The notes beneath the pieces are model-generated. The model was not told where the DNA came from, ran no database searches, and saw only the letters and a list, made by a program, of their open reading frames with translations. Both the position numbers and the translations under genes were made by a program. Source: a virus. From it: a DNA stretch of 64,000 bases. The stretch is taken from positions 40,829 through 104,828 of the IMG/VR virus record IMGVR_UViG_3300045988_112318. One strand, given 5' to 3'. Positions 1 to 9,371 of this stretch are shown here, piece after piece (position 1 is the first letter of the stretch; every line of letters starts with the position of its first letter).

Positions 1-171
1 GATTCCATCAAGGAACTGTCCTTGGTTTATTAAAATATCGGATAAGAAATATAAGAAGATTCTTGCCGATAGGGTGAAAAGAATTAAGGAGAATGAGAAA
101 CTTAAGCAAGAGATGATGAAAGATCAGGATCTTGTTGAAGAAGTAAAACAAAATACAAAAAGATTAATGCA

Positions 172-606
172 ATGAAAAAGAAAAATATAAAACCAGAAGA
201 AGTGGAAGTCGTTATTCCTAAAGAGGTAGAAGCTATTAACATATGTGGAGATATCAATAGTTTTATAAAACATATTATATATGTCAGCTTGGATAAGGTG
301 AGTAGTGATAGGGCGTTTGTCAATAACGATATTCTGTATATGGTTACATACGCATCTATAAAAGGTAAAAATATACCCGTTGGTGTATTAGCAAAACAAA
401 AGGAAGCTAAATCAGAAGATATCGCTATGCCGTTTGAGGATATTGGAAGGGACGTGAATGTCGTGTATCCTATTGAAATAGGAAAGATGTTTAAAGGCTT
501 TTATATTCTTAGTAACGGCTCTGTGGCTATTGATTACGAACTTACTGACAATGGAGGTTTTGAAGATGATGACAGCATTGGTAAAATCGACATGAATTTA
601 AATTAG
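172..606 (+). CDS. hypothetical protein
   Basis: 144-aa ORF co-oriented and tightly packed with downstream replication genes; no recognisable motif. Confidence 0.45.
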   Translation: MKKKNIKPEEVEVVIPKEVEAINICGDINSFIKHIIYVSLDKVSSDRAFVNNDILYMVTYASIKGKNIPVGVLAKQKEAKSEDIAMPFEDIGRDVNVVYPIEIGKMFKGFYILSNGSVAIDYELTDNGGFEDDDSIGKIDMNLN

Positions 607-613
607 TGTAGGT

Positions 614-1147
614 ATGGTGTTATATATAGCAGCAGATCCGGGAAAAGATGGAGCCATAGCCTGCATCGATCAAGACAGTAAACTAATATCAAGAATCTCC
701 ACTCCAAGAATATCAGCTTCAGGGCCGGTAGACTTGACTAAAGAATATGTTTTTTGCCGGGATATGATCGTAGAAAACAATCCTGATAGGGTAGTGTTTG
801 TCATAGAGGACGTCCACGCCCTGTACGGGGTCAGCACGTCCTCTACAGCTTCTCTCATGGAGAACAAAGGCCAACTGCATGGGCTGTTCCTATCCCTCTG
901 TATGGCATTTCCGGACATAAGTTGCTCCGTTAATTTCATAGCCCCTAAAACATGGCAGAAATTGGTTTGGACGCATTCTGATAAGGTTATGGAAGCCAGT
1001 AAGGTAAATACTAAGAAAACGTCATTGGCTTGCGCTAAAAGGCTGTGGCCAAACGATACGTTCGTTAAAAACGAAAGATGTAAGACAGCCCATGACGGTA
1101 TAGTTGATGCAATGCTTATAGCAGAGGCAGCAAGAAGAACCATTTAA
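614..1147 (+). CDS. RuvC-like Holliday junction resolvase
   Basis: N-terminal YIAADPGKDGAIA (first catalytic Asp in beta-strand 1), central IEDVHALYG, C-terminal HDGIVDAMLIAEAA (His/Asp-Ala motif typical of RuvC/YqgF fold). Confidence 0.6.
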   Translation: MVLYIAADPGKDGAIACIDQDSKLISRISTPRISASGPVDLTKEYVFCRDMIVENNPDRVVFVIEDVHALYGVSTSSTASLMENKGQLHGLFLSLCMAFPDISCSVNFIAPKTWQKLVWTHSDKVMEASKVNTKKTSLACAKRLWPNDTFVKNERCKTAHDGIVDAMLIAEAARRTI

Positions 1148-1243
1148 TCTATTTTAAATCATTTTAAATCAAATTAATTAGTAATTAGATTTTAAAATAA
1201 TACATTTGCAGTGTTAGATAGTCATAATCGTAAGTTTTAAAAA

Positions 1244-2353
1244 ATGAAAGTAAGAGTTCCTGGCATACTAATGAATGAGAAACTTTCAAACATTTCAAAG
1301 ATGTTTGATAAGGTTCTAAAGGATTGTGTCACATCGAATATAAAAATTACTTTATATTTTGATCATATCCGGATACAAGCCATGAACGAACGTATAACAT
1401 ATACGGATGATATTTTCGATGTGAATACTGATATTTCTTGTGACCAGAAGTTTTCTCTTTTAGTAGATGCCGGGACTCTTATTTCATTTTTTAAAAATCA
1501 TAACCAGGATATAGAGATAGAGATTAAAAATGATTACAGTATCGTTTTTAAATACGATAGAGGATCTTTTTCTTCTACTTGGATTGAGGATAAGGCTTTC
1601 CCTGATTTCTTTTATCCTGTAGGTGACGGTATTCGTGTTATGAGTTCGTCTTTCATTCAGTCTATGAAAAGATCTTTTGCGTTTGTTGGATCGGATGAAT
1701 TTAGACCAGCTATATGCTCGATTCTTCTTAATGTGAAGAAGGACTATATTGACATTGTTTCTACTGATATGTTCCGTCTGTTTATAAACAGGAAAGAGTA
1801 TGCTAATGCATCAGAAGAAAGGTCGATTATGCTAAGCGAGGTTGCGGCTTCTATCTTGTACCGCTTTCTATCTGATAAAGATACGGAGATCAGTATTTCT
1901 ACAGATGGAGTTAGGACGTTCTTATGCTTTGATAATGTAATTATATCGGATATGAACGTAGAACAACAGTATCCTAACTACGAATACGTATGTAGCAAAT
2001 TCGAAAAATCGTCGAGAGTTAAGTTTGACCGGGATTTACTTATATCGGTTCTTAATTCCATGACTTTGGTGGATAATGTTGTTAATGTCAAGGTAGATGA
2101 AGAAAACGGCATAACGGTAATGTCTGAGGATTTTGGAAATAGAAAAAAGATAATGGAATCAATGCCTTTGAATGCGCTCGAAGGTCCGTGTTTTAATTTT
2201 TCTATCGGTAAGGAAAATATACTGTCTTCCGTAAAATCACTTATAAAAGGAGATACTGTCATGGATTGGTCTGATCAGTATAAGATGATAAAGATGTTCA
2301 ATCCTAAATACGAATCAACATACGTCTTAAATCAAACATTGTATAATCTATAA
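1244..2353 (+). CDS. DNA polymerase sliding clamp (beta-clamp-like)
   Basis: 369 aa, DnaN-size; RPAICSILLNVKKDYIDIVSTDMFRLF resembles the DnaN P..GvLl...L..vATDghRL motif. Confidence 0.5.
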   Translation: MKVRVPGILMNEKLSNISKMFDKVLKDCVTSNIKITLYFDHIRIQAMNERITYTDDIFDVNTDISCDQKFSLLVDAGTLISFFKNHNQDIEIEIKNDYSIVFKYDRGSFSSTWIEDKAFPDFFYPVGDGIRVMSSSFIQSMKRSFAFVGSDEFRPAICSILLNVKKDYIDIVSTDMFRLFINRKEYANASEERSIMLSEVAASILYRFLSDKDTEISISTDGVRTFLCFDNVIISDMNVEQQYPNYEYVCSKFEKSSRVKFDRDLLISVLNSMTLVDNVVNVKVDEENGITVMSEDFGNRKKIMESMPLNALEGPCFNFSIGKENILSSVKSLIKGDTVMDWSDQYKMIKMFNPKYESTYVLNQTLYNL

Positions 2354-2365
2354 ACAATTAATAAT

Positions 2366-3334
2366 ATGGCTTTTAGAGAAAACAGAAGTTTTGGTACAAC
2401 TTATTATCTGTATATTAATTCAGATGGTAACTTGTATGAAAAAAGTAACGAACCAAAAGAAGGTTTTGTTCAGCACATAAATCCTAATAGCGGTCAGCCG
2501 GCGGGATATTGGAAAGAGTATTATAATGGAGTAGTTGGATACATTAACTACATCGGGTTAAAGTCAAGCTCTTTCTCTAATGGAAATACTGTTACTAATT
2601 TCCTTATCGTATTAAAAGATTACGAGCTTAATGAAAACTATTGTATTTCCATACCTCTCGTCAATCAAAAAGGAAATATCAAGGGCTTTGTTAAGAGCTT
2701 CGTAAAATACTACGAAAACATCGATTTCAGTCGTGAAATTTATTTCAATGTCTTTAAGAAGAAGAAAGATGACGAGTTTGGATCTTCGGAACTTATTATC
2801 GCATATGCCGGAGTAGACGGAGAAAACGATCAGCTTGTTGAACGTTTTTATAAAAAAGGCGTAAATGGTTGGCCTGACCCTGTTGAAGTTACAGGATTTG
2901 ATGGCAAGAAAAGCCTTGATTATTCAGCTCAAAACAACTTCACTTATCAGAAGATTACTGAATATTCAAACAGATTCAATGCTTCTATTAAAGATATCAG
3001 AGCAGGTATAATGGCTAAATTAGGTTTAGGAGGAAATGCTCAGCAAGATCCTACAGCTCCTCAGACTTATCCCCAGCAGCCGGCCGCGCCTCAACAGGTT
3101 CAACAACCTCAGTCTGTTCCGAGTGCTATTCCGTATCAGAATTATCAACAGCCTGCTCAACAGCCAGCACAGTATCAGGCACCGGCTTATACGCCACAGC
3201 CGACTGCTCAGCCTGCTGCACCTGCCCCGGCGCCTGCTACAAGGAGCACCAAGCCTCAGCATCAGACGCAGCCACAGCCGCAAGCACAGATGCCGAACTT
3301 TCCTCCTATGGAAGAAGATGACCTTCCATTTTAA
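2366..3334 (+). CDS. single-stranded DNA-binding protein-like
   Basis: Long Q/P-rich flexible linker followed by acidic C-terminal tip EEDDLPF, matching the SSB DDDIPF tip; sits in the replication module. Confidence 0.5.
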   Translation: MAFRENRSFGTTYYLYINSDGNLYEKSNEPKEGFVQHINPNSGQPAGYWKEYYNGVVGYINYIGLKSSSFSNGNTVTNFLIVLKDYELNENYCISIPLVNQKGNIKGFVKSFVKYYENIDFSREIYFNVFKKKKDDEFGSSELIIAYAGVDGENDQLVERFYKKGVNGWPDPVEVTGFDGKKSLDYSAQNNFTYQKITEYSNRFNASIKDIRAGIMAKLGLGGNAQQDPTAPQTYPQQPAAPQQVQQPQSVPSAIPYQNYQQPAQQPAQYQAPAYTPQPTAQPAAPAPAPATRSTKPQHQTQPQPQAQMPNFPPMEEDDLPF

Positions 3335-3380
3335 TATAAACATCAGCCCAGGAGAATAACATCTCTTGGGCTTTTAAAGA

Positions 3381-3638
3381 TTGTGTAGAATGACAGTAGA
3401 AATAGTTACAAGATTTCCCCTTATTAAGCTTCGTAGGAAAGTGACAGAAGAAAGGATTATGGCGAAGCATGGGGATAAATTATGTATGATCTACTCAGAA
3501 ACCAGAGAAAAATATAAGCAAGGAGATGAGTGGGTCGATGATCCTAATGATGCAGACATAAGTACTTTTCGTGAGTGCTATGAATCAACGAAGGACATAA
3601 AAAAAGAAGGTATTGTTTATTGTACTATAAAAATATGA
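3381..3638 (+). CDS. hypothetical protein
   Basis: 85-aa ORF, overlaps start of the next gene in operon style. Confidence 0.35.
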   Translation: MCRMTVEIVTRFPLIKLRRKVTEERIMAKHGDKLCMIYSETREKYKQGDEWVDDPNDADISTFRECYESTKDIKKEGIVYCTIKI

Positions 3639-4291
3639 TTATGGATAAGTTAGAAGATATTGAAAGACTTCTTTATGAAAAAGAAGATAATAAGAAGGAT
3701 ACTGTTTCTGAAAAGAACAACAAACATAAAAAAGAGGATAAGGTCGTTAATAAAATACCTGAATCGTATTTGACTCCAGGGTATCAGAAGACTGTTCAGG
3801 TAGGTATTAAGAAGCTGTATCCTGATGTCGTGGCACCTGAATACAAACATGATGGTGATGCCTGTTGTGATATTCGTGCATATAGAGTAGTGAAGATGAT
3901 GAATGACATGGGAGTAGAAATAGATGTTCCTTCCGATTTTGAATCAATTACCTTATATCAAGGTTATTCTGTTAGAATCGGAACAGGATTCAAGTTGAAT
4001 ATACCAGAAGGTTGGTGTGTGAATGTGGAAGGAAGATCTGGATTCTCTTTTGACGAGGGAGTGGTAGTTACTAACGCTCCTGGCAAATGCGAATTTATCT
4101 ACAAAGGAGAGTATATGGTTAATCTTACTAAAATCAATAAAAAACCGACCGTAATCCGCAAAAACGATCGAATAGCTCAGATGGAAATCGTTCCACAATA
4201 CAAAATGGTATTGGAAGAAGTAACAGATATTGAGGTAGAAGACGGGAATGAACGTGGAGAAAAAGGTCTTGGTAGTTCTGGAGTTAAGTAA
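3620..4291 (+). CDS. dut: dUTP diphosphatase (trimeric dUTPase) with N-terminal extension
   Basis: Motifs GRSGFS (motif 2), GVVVTNAPGKCEFIYKGE (motif 3-like), RIAQMEI (motif 4), RGEKGLGSSG (motif 5). Confidence 0.8.
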   Translation: MYYKNMIMDKLEDIERLLYEKEDNKKDTVSEKNNKHKKEDKVVNKIPESYLTPGYQKTVQVGIKKLYPDVVAPEYKHDGDACCDIRAYRVVKMMNDMGVEIDVPSDFESITLYQGYSVRIGTGFKLNIPEGWCVNVEGRSGFSFDEGVVVTNAPGKCEFIYKGEYMVNLTKINKKPTVIRKNDRIAQMEIVPQYKMVLEEVTDIEVEDGNERGEKGLGSSGVK

Positions 4292-4309
4292 TGTTTAAAT
4301 ATTTTTAAA

Positions 4310-5068
4310 ATGAGCATGTTAGGTTTTACATTCATCACAGACAGCAAGCTGTCAATGTACAGGGAGAAAGCTATTAAATCCGAAAATCTTGCAAAGGAAA
4401 TTGAGGAAATGCAGGATAAGGCCGCTTCTTACAAGGAAAGGCTTTCCGAACTCAAGTCAGATATCGCTTCAAAGGATAAAGAGATTTTATCTGTTGGCAA
4501 AGATCTTTCTGAGTCTAAGGAAAAGATTGACGCCTTGAAGGAAAATCAGAAAAAGTTGATAAAAAGCGTCAAGAAGAAAACGGAAGAACTTGATGCTGTC
4601 AATGTCGATCTTGACAAAGCCAGGTCTGATCTTGATGAGGCTAATTACAAAATCAGAAACTTGGAAGAAAAGAAAAACAGTATCTCATCTGAATTAAAAA
4701 AGAAATCAAATGCATTGATTGAAGCCAGGATCAGAATCGGAGATTTGGAAAACGAGGTTTCGGTTGGGTCCAAAACAATACAAGAGTTAGAATCGAAGCT
4801 GAAATTAATGCAAGTAGAATTAAGAGGCTACCAAATAGGTATAATCGGGAAAGATAAAAACAATGTCGCTGAGCCGGAATTGGATAAAGATGAGGAGTCA
4901 GATAAGGATGTGGCAGAATCGGAGAAATTTGATAAAAATAAGGAAGTTAAATACAATACGCTTCTTGATACAGATGTGATTCAGGAAGAAGCAGGTGACA
5001 TTGTGGAGCCCGAAAACGAAGCTGAACGAGTAAAAGACACTAAAAAGAAGAAGAAAAAAAAGAAGTAG
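4310..5068 (+). CDS. coiled-coil protein with poly-Lys tail
   Basis: K/E-rich heptad-like sequence throughout, ends KKKKKKKK; followed by terminators. Confidence 0.5.
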   Translation: MSMLGFTFITDSKLSMYREKAIKSENLAKEIEEMQDKAASYKERLSELKSDIASKDKEILSVGKDLSESKEKIDALKENQKKLIKSVKKKTEELDAVNVDLDKARSDLDEANYKIRNLEEKKNSISSELKKKSNALIEARIRIGDLENEVSVGSKTIQELESKLKLMQVELRGYQIGIIGKDKNNVAEPELDKDEESDKDVAESEKFDKNKEVKYNTLLDTDVIQEEAGDIVEPENEAERVKDTKKKKKKKK

Positions 5069-5116
5069 GTATTTTAATCCTTTTTATATTTTAATGTTTG
5101 CCATATTATGGGTTAG

Positions 5117-5210
5117 TACTCAACTTTGCGTTGAGAGAGTTTTTAGGATAATTATTGGTTAAAAATTTAGCTGTTATATGCAGGCGTCTGTGAAGGCTCC
5201 TGCATATTTT
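5117..5210 (+). terminator. two candidate rho-independent terminators ahead of the tRNA cluster
   Basis: Hairpin ctcaac/gttgag followed by T5 (about 5118-5146), and hairpin atgcagg/cctgcat followed by atttttaa (about 5179-5210). Confidence 0.4.
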
Positions 5211-5213
5211 TAA

Positions 5214-5286
5214 GGTCCTGTGGCTTAGTGGTGAAAGCAAGATGCTCATAACATCGAGATCGTGGGTTCAAATCCCTCCGGGACCA
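5214..5286 (+). tRNA. tRNA-Met (anticodon CAT; could be initiator, elongator or Ile2-type)
   Basis: Acceptor ggtcctg/cgggacc, D-stem gctt/aagc, anticodon loop ctCATaa, T-loop ttcaaat. Confidence 0.7.
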
Positions 5287-5287
5287 C

Positions 5288-5358
5288 TGTCCAATGGTGT
5301 AGTGGTAGCACAACAGATTTTGGTTCTGTTAGCGGAGGTTCGAATCCTCCTTGGATAA
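5288..5358 (+). tRNA. tRNA-Gln (anticodon TTG)
   Basis: Acceptor tgtccaa/ttggata, anticodon stem acaga/tctgt with loop ttTTGgt, T-arm ggagg-ttcgaat-cctcc. Confidence 0.65.
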
Positions 5359-5428
5359 CGGTACATATTTTGTGTAAAGTGTTAATTATCTAAGTGTTTG
5401 TGGTGTGTGAACATAGCAAACATTAAAT

Positions 5429-5500
5429 GGCCCATTAGTTTAACGGATAAAACCCTTGAGTCCTAATCAAAAGTTGCCTGTTCGATTCAGGCATGGGCTA
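5429..5500 (+). tRNA. tRNA-Arg (anticodon CCT)
   Basis: Acceptor ggcccat/atgggct, anticodon stem ttga/tcaa with loop gtCCTaa, T-arm gcctg-ttcgatt-caggc. Confidence 0.6.
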
Positions 5501-5503
5501 CAT

Positions 5504-5575
5504 GGCTTGTTGGATGAGTGGTTTAGTCAGGGATCTGCAAAATCTCGTAGGGCGGTTCGATTCCGCCACAAGCCT
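5504..5575 (+). tRNA. tRNA-Cys (anticodon GCA)
   Basis: Acceptor ggcttgt/acaagcc, anticodon stem gggat/atctc with loop ctGCAaa, T-arm ggcgg-ttcgatt-ccgcc. Confidence 0.6.
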
Positions 5576-5592
5576 CTAAAAAAAGTAAGACA

Positions 5593-6285
5593 ATGAACTA
5601 CCCAGAGCAACAAATGCTTAAGATCCTTAATAGGGATCTGTTAAGTAATCCGATGTATGTTATTAACAATCTTCATATATATGATTGGGAATCTGACTTC
5701 CTGGCCATAACAAGATCATTGTACGCTTATGAAGTAGAGGTCAAGATGTCTAAACAAGATTTCTTTAACGACTTCAAAAAGGATAAAAAACATAAGGTTC
5801 TTAAAGACGGCATTATTAAGGTAGGTGGTGTCATAAGCTATCCTCCAAACTATTTCTACTACGCCTGTCCGCCTAATATGATTGACGTAAGTGAAGTTCC
5901 GTCTTATGCTGGACTGATTTATGTCGATGTTAGTAAAAATAGGAAGAACATCGTTAAGGCCGCACCTTTAATTCATAGACAGAAGTTTGATGTAGTGGGC
6001 AGGAAACTGGTGGATAAGTTTTACTACAATATGCTTACTTGGAAGAAAAGAGCTATTTCAAACGTGTATGCTGACCCAGCCAAGGAAAGAGAGAAGGGCG
6101 TGCGTGCCGGAGCTGAGGCTGTAAGGAAGTCGGCCTGGGATGCGTTCAGGGCGCAGTGCCCGCACATCGCTTTTCCCTATGGAAAAGAATTTCCGATGTG
6201 TGACGATCATGAACAAGATCATCCCATGAGAGACTGCATACTTCAGTGTGAAAAAGGTAGAATATTTAAAAACGTATTAAAATGA
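5593..6285 (+). CDS. hypothetical protein
   Basis: 230-aa ORF directly after the tRNA cluster. Confidence 0.5.
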   Translation: MNYPEQQMLKILNRDLLSNPMYVINNLHIYDWESDFLAITRSLYAYEVEVKMSKQDFFNDFKKDKKHKVLKDGIIKVGGVISYPPNYFYYACPPNMIDVSEVPSYAGLIYVDVSKNRKNIVKAAPLIHRQKFDVVGRKLVDKFYYNMLTWKKRAISNVYADPAKEREKGVRAGAEAVRKSAWDAFRAQCPHIAFPYGKEFPMCDDHEQDHPMRDCILQCEKGRIFKNVLK

Positions 6286-6551
6286 GCACCCCACGTGAAT
6301 TAAGCAGGATAGCTAATAAAATAGCCAGTAAGATGACTGATGATGGATGGGTCAGCCCCGGTAGAAAGAATCTTGTCTCTGATAAGAAGGTCATGGAATT
6401 AATAGATTTGATCTTTAATGAAATATGGAGGGAATTAGATGACGGGAAAAGAGTCCATATCATAAAACAGATGATTTTTAAAAAGATTTTTGTCAGTAGG
6501 CAAAAAGATAAATACTACATACAATGCATAGAAAAAAGGGACGCCAAATAG
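6282..6551 (+). CDS. hypothetical protein
   Basis: 89-aa ORF with start overlapping upstream stop (atgA). Confidence 0.45.
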   Translation: MSTPRELSRIANKIASKMTDDGWVSPGRKNLVSDKKVMELIDLIFNEIWRELDDGKRVHIIKQMIFKKIFVSRQKDKYYIQCIEKRDAK

Positions 6552-6581
6552 ACGCCCCTTTTCTTTTTCTGTAAGTAATTG

Positions 6582-6932
6582 TTATTTCATTACTTTCCTT
6601 ACCAACTTAGAAACAGCTTGAGTGATAGTCCACCTGATGTTTGCATTAACGTTGATAGTCTGAGGAGTACCGTTTGCATCCAAGTTAATTACCTCCTTGT
6701 CTATTTCCAAGAACGGATCACCTGCTGTCTGGGTAATAACCGTATTAGCCGTCTGACCTCCGGCGGCCGTCACCTTAAGAGTATTTACCAGATCGTTTAC
6801 ATCAGTGTTCGCAGCAATATCGGAGAATACGATACTGAAAGCAAAGGCTCCTGTTGCACCAGGGTCGTCGGCGATAACAGCGCCGTTGTTGGTAGCCTTA
6901 CCTGCCGCCTGATAGGAGGTAGGTATTTCCAA
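6582..6932 (-). CDS. hypothetical T/N/A-rich beta-type protein
   Basis: 116-aa minus-strand ORF with Ig-like/beta-sandwich composition (TAAGGQTANTVITQTAGD); one of two minus genes inside the plus block. Confidence 0.45.
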   Translation of the reverse strand: MEIPTSYQAAGKATNNGAVIADDPGATGAFAFSIVFSDIAANTDVNDLVNTLKVTAAGGQTANTVITQTAGDPFLEIDKEVINLDANGTPQTINVNANIRWTITQAVSKLVRKVMK

Positions 6933-7003
6933 CGTCAGAGGATGAGTTTCGTCCGGAGTTAAGGAGAACGTTAATTTAGTTGAGTTACTTGTACCGTTGA
7001 TTG

Positions 7004-7237
7004 TTACAGTACCACCTTCTTCCCTACAGATGCAGTAGGATCTATTTTTACGAACTCAGCTACCGGAGATTGGTTGATGGTAGCACTTTTCTTAACACCC
7101 CCTGATTCGGCACCAAATTCTACTTGTTGCGTGCGTTGTACACGACCTTCGTATTTTTCACCTGATACGGTAACCGCCTGATCACCATCACCTGATCCCG
7201 GATTGAAGGTTACAAAACCTATTTTCATTTCTGCCAT
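7004..7237 (-). CDS. hypothetical protein
   Basis: 77-aa minus-strand ORF upstream of and co-oriented with 6582..6932. Confidence 0.4.
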   Translation of the reverse strand: MAEMKIGFVTFNPGSGDGDQAVTVSGEKYEGRVQRTQQVEFGAESGGVKKSATINQSPVAEFVKIDPTASVGKKVVL

Positions 7238-7388
7238 GACATTTATTTTTAATTGATTAAGATACCGACAAATATATGATTATTTTTATTCTCTTACGTC
7301 ATTGATTTATTTTTATTAAATACGTAGTGCTATGGGTTTTTTTATCGTGTTTTAATCCTATTTATTTCTTTGTTGATTATTTATTATG

Positions 7389-7396
7389 TATATTTG
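7389..7396 (+). promoter_or_regulatory. Bacteroidota sigma-A -7 element (TAtaTTTG)
   Basis: Exact TAnnTTTG about 27 nt upstream of the ATG at 7423. Confidence 0.45.
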
Positions 7397-7422
7397 CAAC
7401 ATCAATATAAAACATTATAACC

Positions 7423-7833
7423 ATGAAAGTAGATTTTTTTAACAGTAAGGATTTTTTAGGATCTAAAACTAAAGAAAGCAAGATCCGGAAGTTGTCAATC
7501 AGCAAAAGTAAGATAATGACTATCTCTGTCGATAATTTGAATTGGATGGGGGTAACGGATGCGGTTGTTATCGGCTTAGAAGAAGGGAAGATATTTGAAG
7601 GAGTTGAAAATACGGTCTTTTATCTGGCTGCTTCTGATGTTGAAGACGAGAGATCGTTTAAGGTAAATAACCTTGGTGTAAAATACAAGAGAGTTTACTT
7701 AAAAGACCTGCTCGATTATCTTGGATGGGATATAGGAGAAAATTCTTATGCTGTGTATGATATTATAAAAGAAGACAGTAATCTATTCCGTCTTCAGCTT
7801 AGGGTAATAAAAAAGAGTAGGAGTGAAAAATGA
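7423..7833 (+). CDS. hypothetical protein
   Basis: 136-aa ORF behind a TAnnTTTG promoter. Confidence 0.5.
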   Translation: MKVDFFNSKDFLGSKTKESKIRKLSISKSKIMTISVDNLNWMGVTDAVVIGLEEGKIFEGVENTVFYLAASDVEDERSFKVNNLGVKYKRVYLKDLLDYLGWDIGENSYAVYDIIKEDSNLFRLQLRVIKKSRSEK

Positions 7834-8390
7834 TGAACGATTTGGATATTAAAAACAAAAGAATACTGCTATTCGATTTTGACGGGACGCTTATAGAAAC
7901 CGCTTCTGGGAATACGTTCGCTACAGACTTGACAGATATGAGGATTAAGATGGATGTGGTGAATAAGGCTCTTGACCTCATGCAGGAGAACGGCGTTAAG
8001 GTGTTTGCTATCGTAAGCAATCAAGGAGGAGTAGAAGCTGGGTTTGTTTCTGGAGCTGATATTGAAGCTAAGATAGAATACGTACTGAGGTCCGTACATG
8101 ATCTGGCGGTAAAACGTGGCATAAGAGGCGTCCTATATGAAAAAAGGTTGTGTTATTCAAATGACGAACAAAATCCGATGAGGAAGCCTAACACGGGCAT
8201 GATTGATGATATTCTTATGAAGTGTAAAGACACGGTAATGCGTGGTATGAACTTTAGTCAACTTAAGGGATGTTCGTTGATGGTCGGAGACGCCAGTGGT
8301 CTGCCAGGGCAGTTCTCTGATTCGGATAAGGTATGTGCTGAGAATGCCGGTATTGACTATATGGACGTTATCACGTTTGTTGGTAAATAA
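7830..8390 (+). CDS. HAD-IIIA family phosphatase (polynucleotide 3'-phosphatase-like)
   Basis: Motif I FDFDGTL (DxDxT), motif II VSNQGG (TNQ-type as in the PNKP phosphatase domain), motif IV VGDASG...DSD. Confidence 0.65.
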   Translation: MMNDLDIKNKRILLFDFDGTLIETASGNTFATDLTDMRIKMDVVNKALDLMQENGVKVFAIVSNQGGVEAGFVSGADIEAKIEYVLRSVHDLAVKRGIRGVLYEKRLCYSNDEQNPMRKPNTGMIDDILMKCKDTVMRGMNFSQLKGCSLMVGDASGLPGQFSDSDKVCAENAGIDYMDVITFVGK

Positions 8391-8402
8391 TTTTAGGTAG
8401 TT

Positions 8403-9371
8403 ATGTGCAATATTATGAAGGTGAATAAAACGGCGATAGTTTATCATAAATCGGATTTAGATGGCGTTGTGTCGGCAGCCATCGCAACCATGTACGAAAA
8501 CAGTAAAAACAAGGATGTTATTTATATCCCGTATTCGTATGAAGATGATGTAAAGAAAGTTATTGATAAAGTAGATGAATGTGGGGTTGTTTACGTTCTT
8601 GACGTGTCTTTCGGAGCCGATTCTAAAACGATTTTCAAGAAATGGCTTGATGAAGGAAAGAGCCTGATGTGGATAGATCATCACAAGGGAATTATCGAAG
8701 ATAGTAAGACATGGGGGTTCGTAGTTCCAGGGTTGAGGAGAGTCGGTACCGGTGCGTGCGCACTGGCCTCGGACCTGCTGATGGGGAAGGTGCCGGCGAT
8801 AGTCAGGTGCTTATCAGACTACGATGTGTGGAATAAAGAATCCGGTTTAGGCTGGGATACGGTGGTAGCCGTCCAGTATGCCTTGAGATCAAAAATAAGA
8901 CTCAATGTGTTAATAGCATTGTCGTATTTGTATGACCATTTTAAAGAAAATATGAAGGACAATGAGGTGGATTTAATTTTCTATGATCTCGCTAAAGAAG
9001 GACGTGCTATAATTAACTACATGGCCGGCAAAAACGAACAAGAGGTAAGTGCGTGCTCGTTCGAAGCTTACGTAGACGAGGTTAAGGTCGTGGCGATGAA
9101 TACTACAGAATTTAGTTCCAAAGTATTTGATTCTCTTACACCTGACTGGTTAGATGGTAGAAAAATTAAAGCCCTGATGCCATTTTGTATTATGCCAGGT
9201 GGTAAAGTCCGGTTCTCTCTTTATGAATGCGTGGAAGACGGCGTAGATTGCTGTGAGGTAAGTAAGAGATTTGGTGGTGGAGGACATGCTGGTGCTGCTG
9301 GATTCGTTATAGACGTATCAAGTGACCAGTTTAAGGACTTCCTTGAAAGTAAAAAACTTTTATCGAAATGA
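8403..9371 (+). CDS. DHH-DHHA1 family phosphoesterase (NrnA/RecJ-like)
   Basis: N-terminal YHKSDLDGVVSAA, IDHHKG DHH motif, C-terminal GGGGHAGAAGF DHHA1 GGGH motif. Confidence 0.65.
   Translation: MCNIMKVNKTAIVYHKSDLDGVVSAAIATMYENSKNKDVIYIPYSYEDDVKKVIDKVDECGVVYVLDVSFGADSKTIFKKWLDEGKSLMWIDHHKGIIEDSKTWGFVVPGLRRVGTGACALASDLLMGKVPAIVRCLSDYDVWNKESGLGWDTVVAVQYALRSKIRLNVLIALSYLYDHFKENMKDNEVDLIFYDLAKEGRAIINYMAGKNEQEVSACSFEAYVDEVKVVAMNTTEFSSKVFDSLTPDWLDGRKIKALMPFCIMPGGKVRFSLYECVEDGVDCCEVSKRFGGGGHAGAAGFVIDVSSDQFKDFLESKKLLSK

Noticed and set aside
670-1143. Antisense ORFs inside confidently assigned genes (670..1143, 1978..2262, 42016..42480, 42874..43314, 22219..22428, 35440..35809, 36315..36736 and others)
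   Set aside because: Fully embedded antisense to genes with clear motif support. Typical shadow ORFs in AT-rich DNA.
3026-3359. Overlapping plus and minus ORFs (3036..3359 and 3026..3343) with Arg/Leu-rich products
   Set aside because: Shadow ORFs created by the CAG/CCG-rich Q/P linker of the SSB-like gene in another frame.
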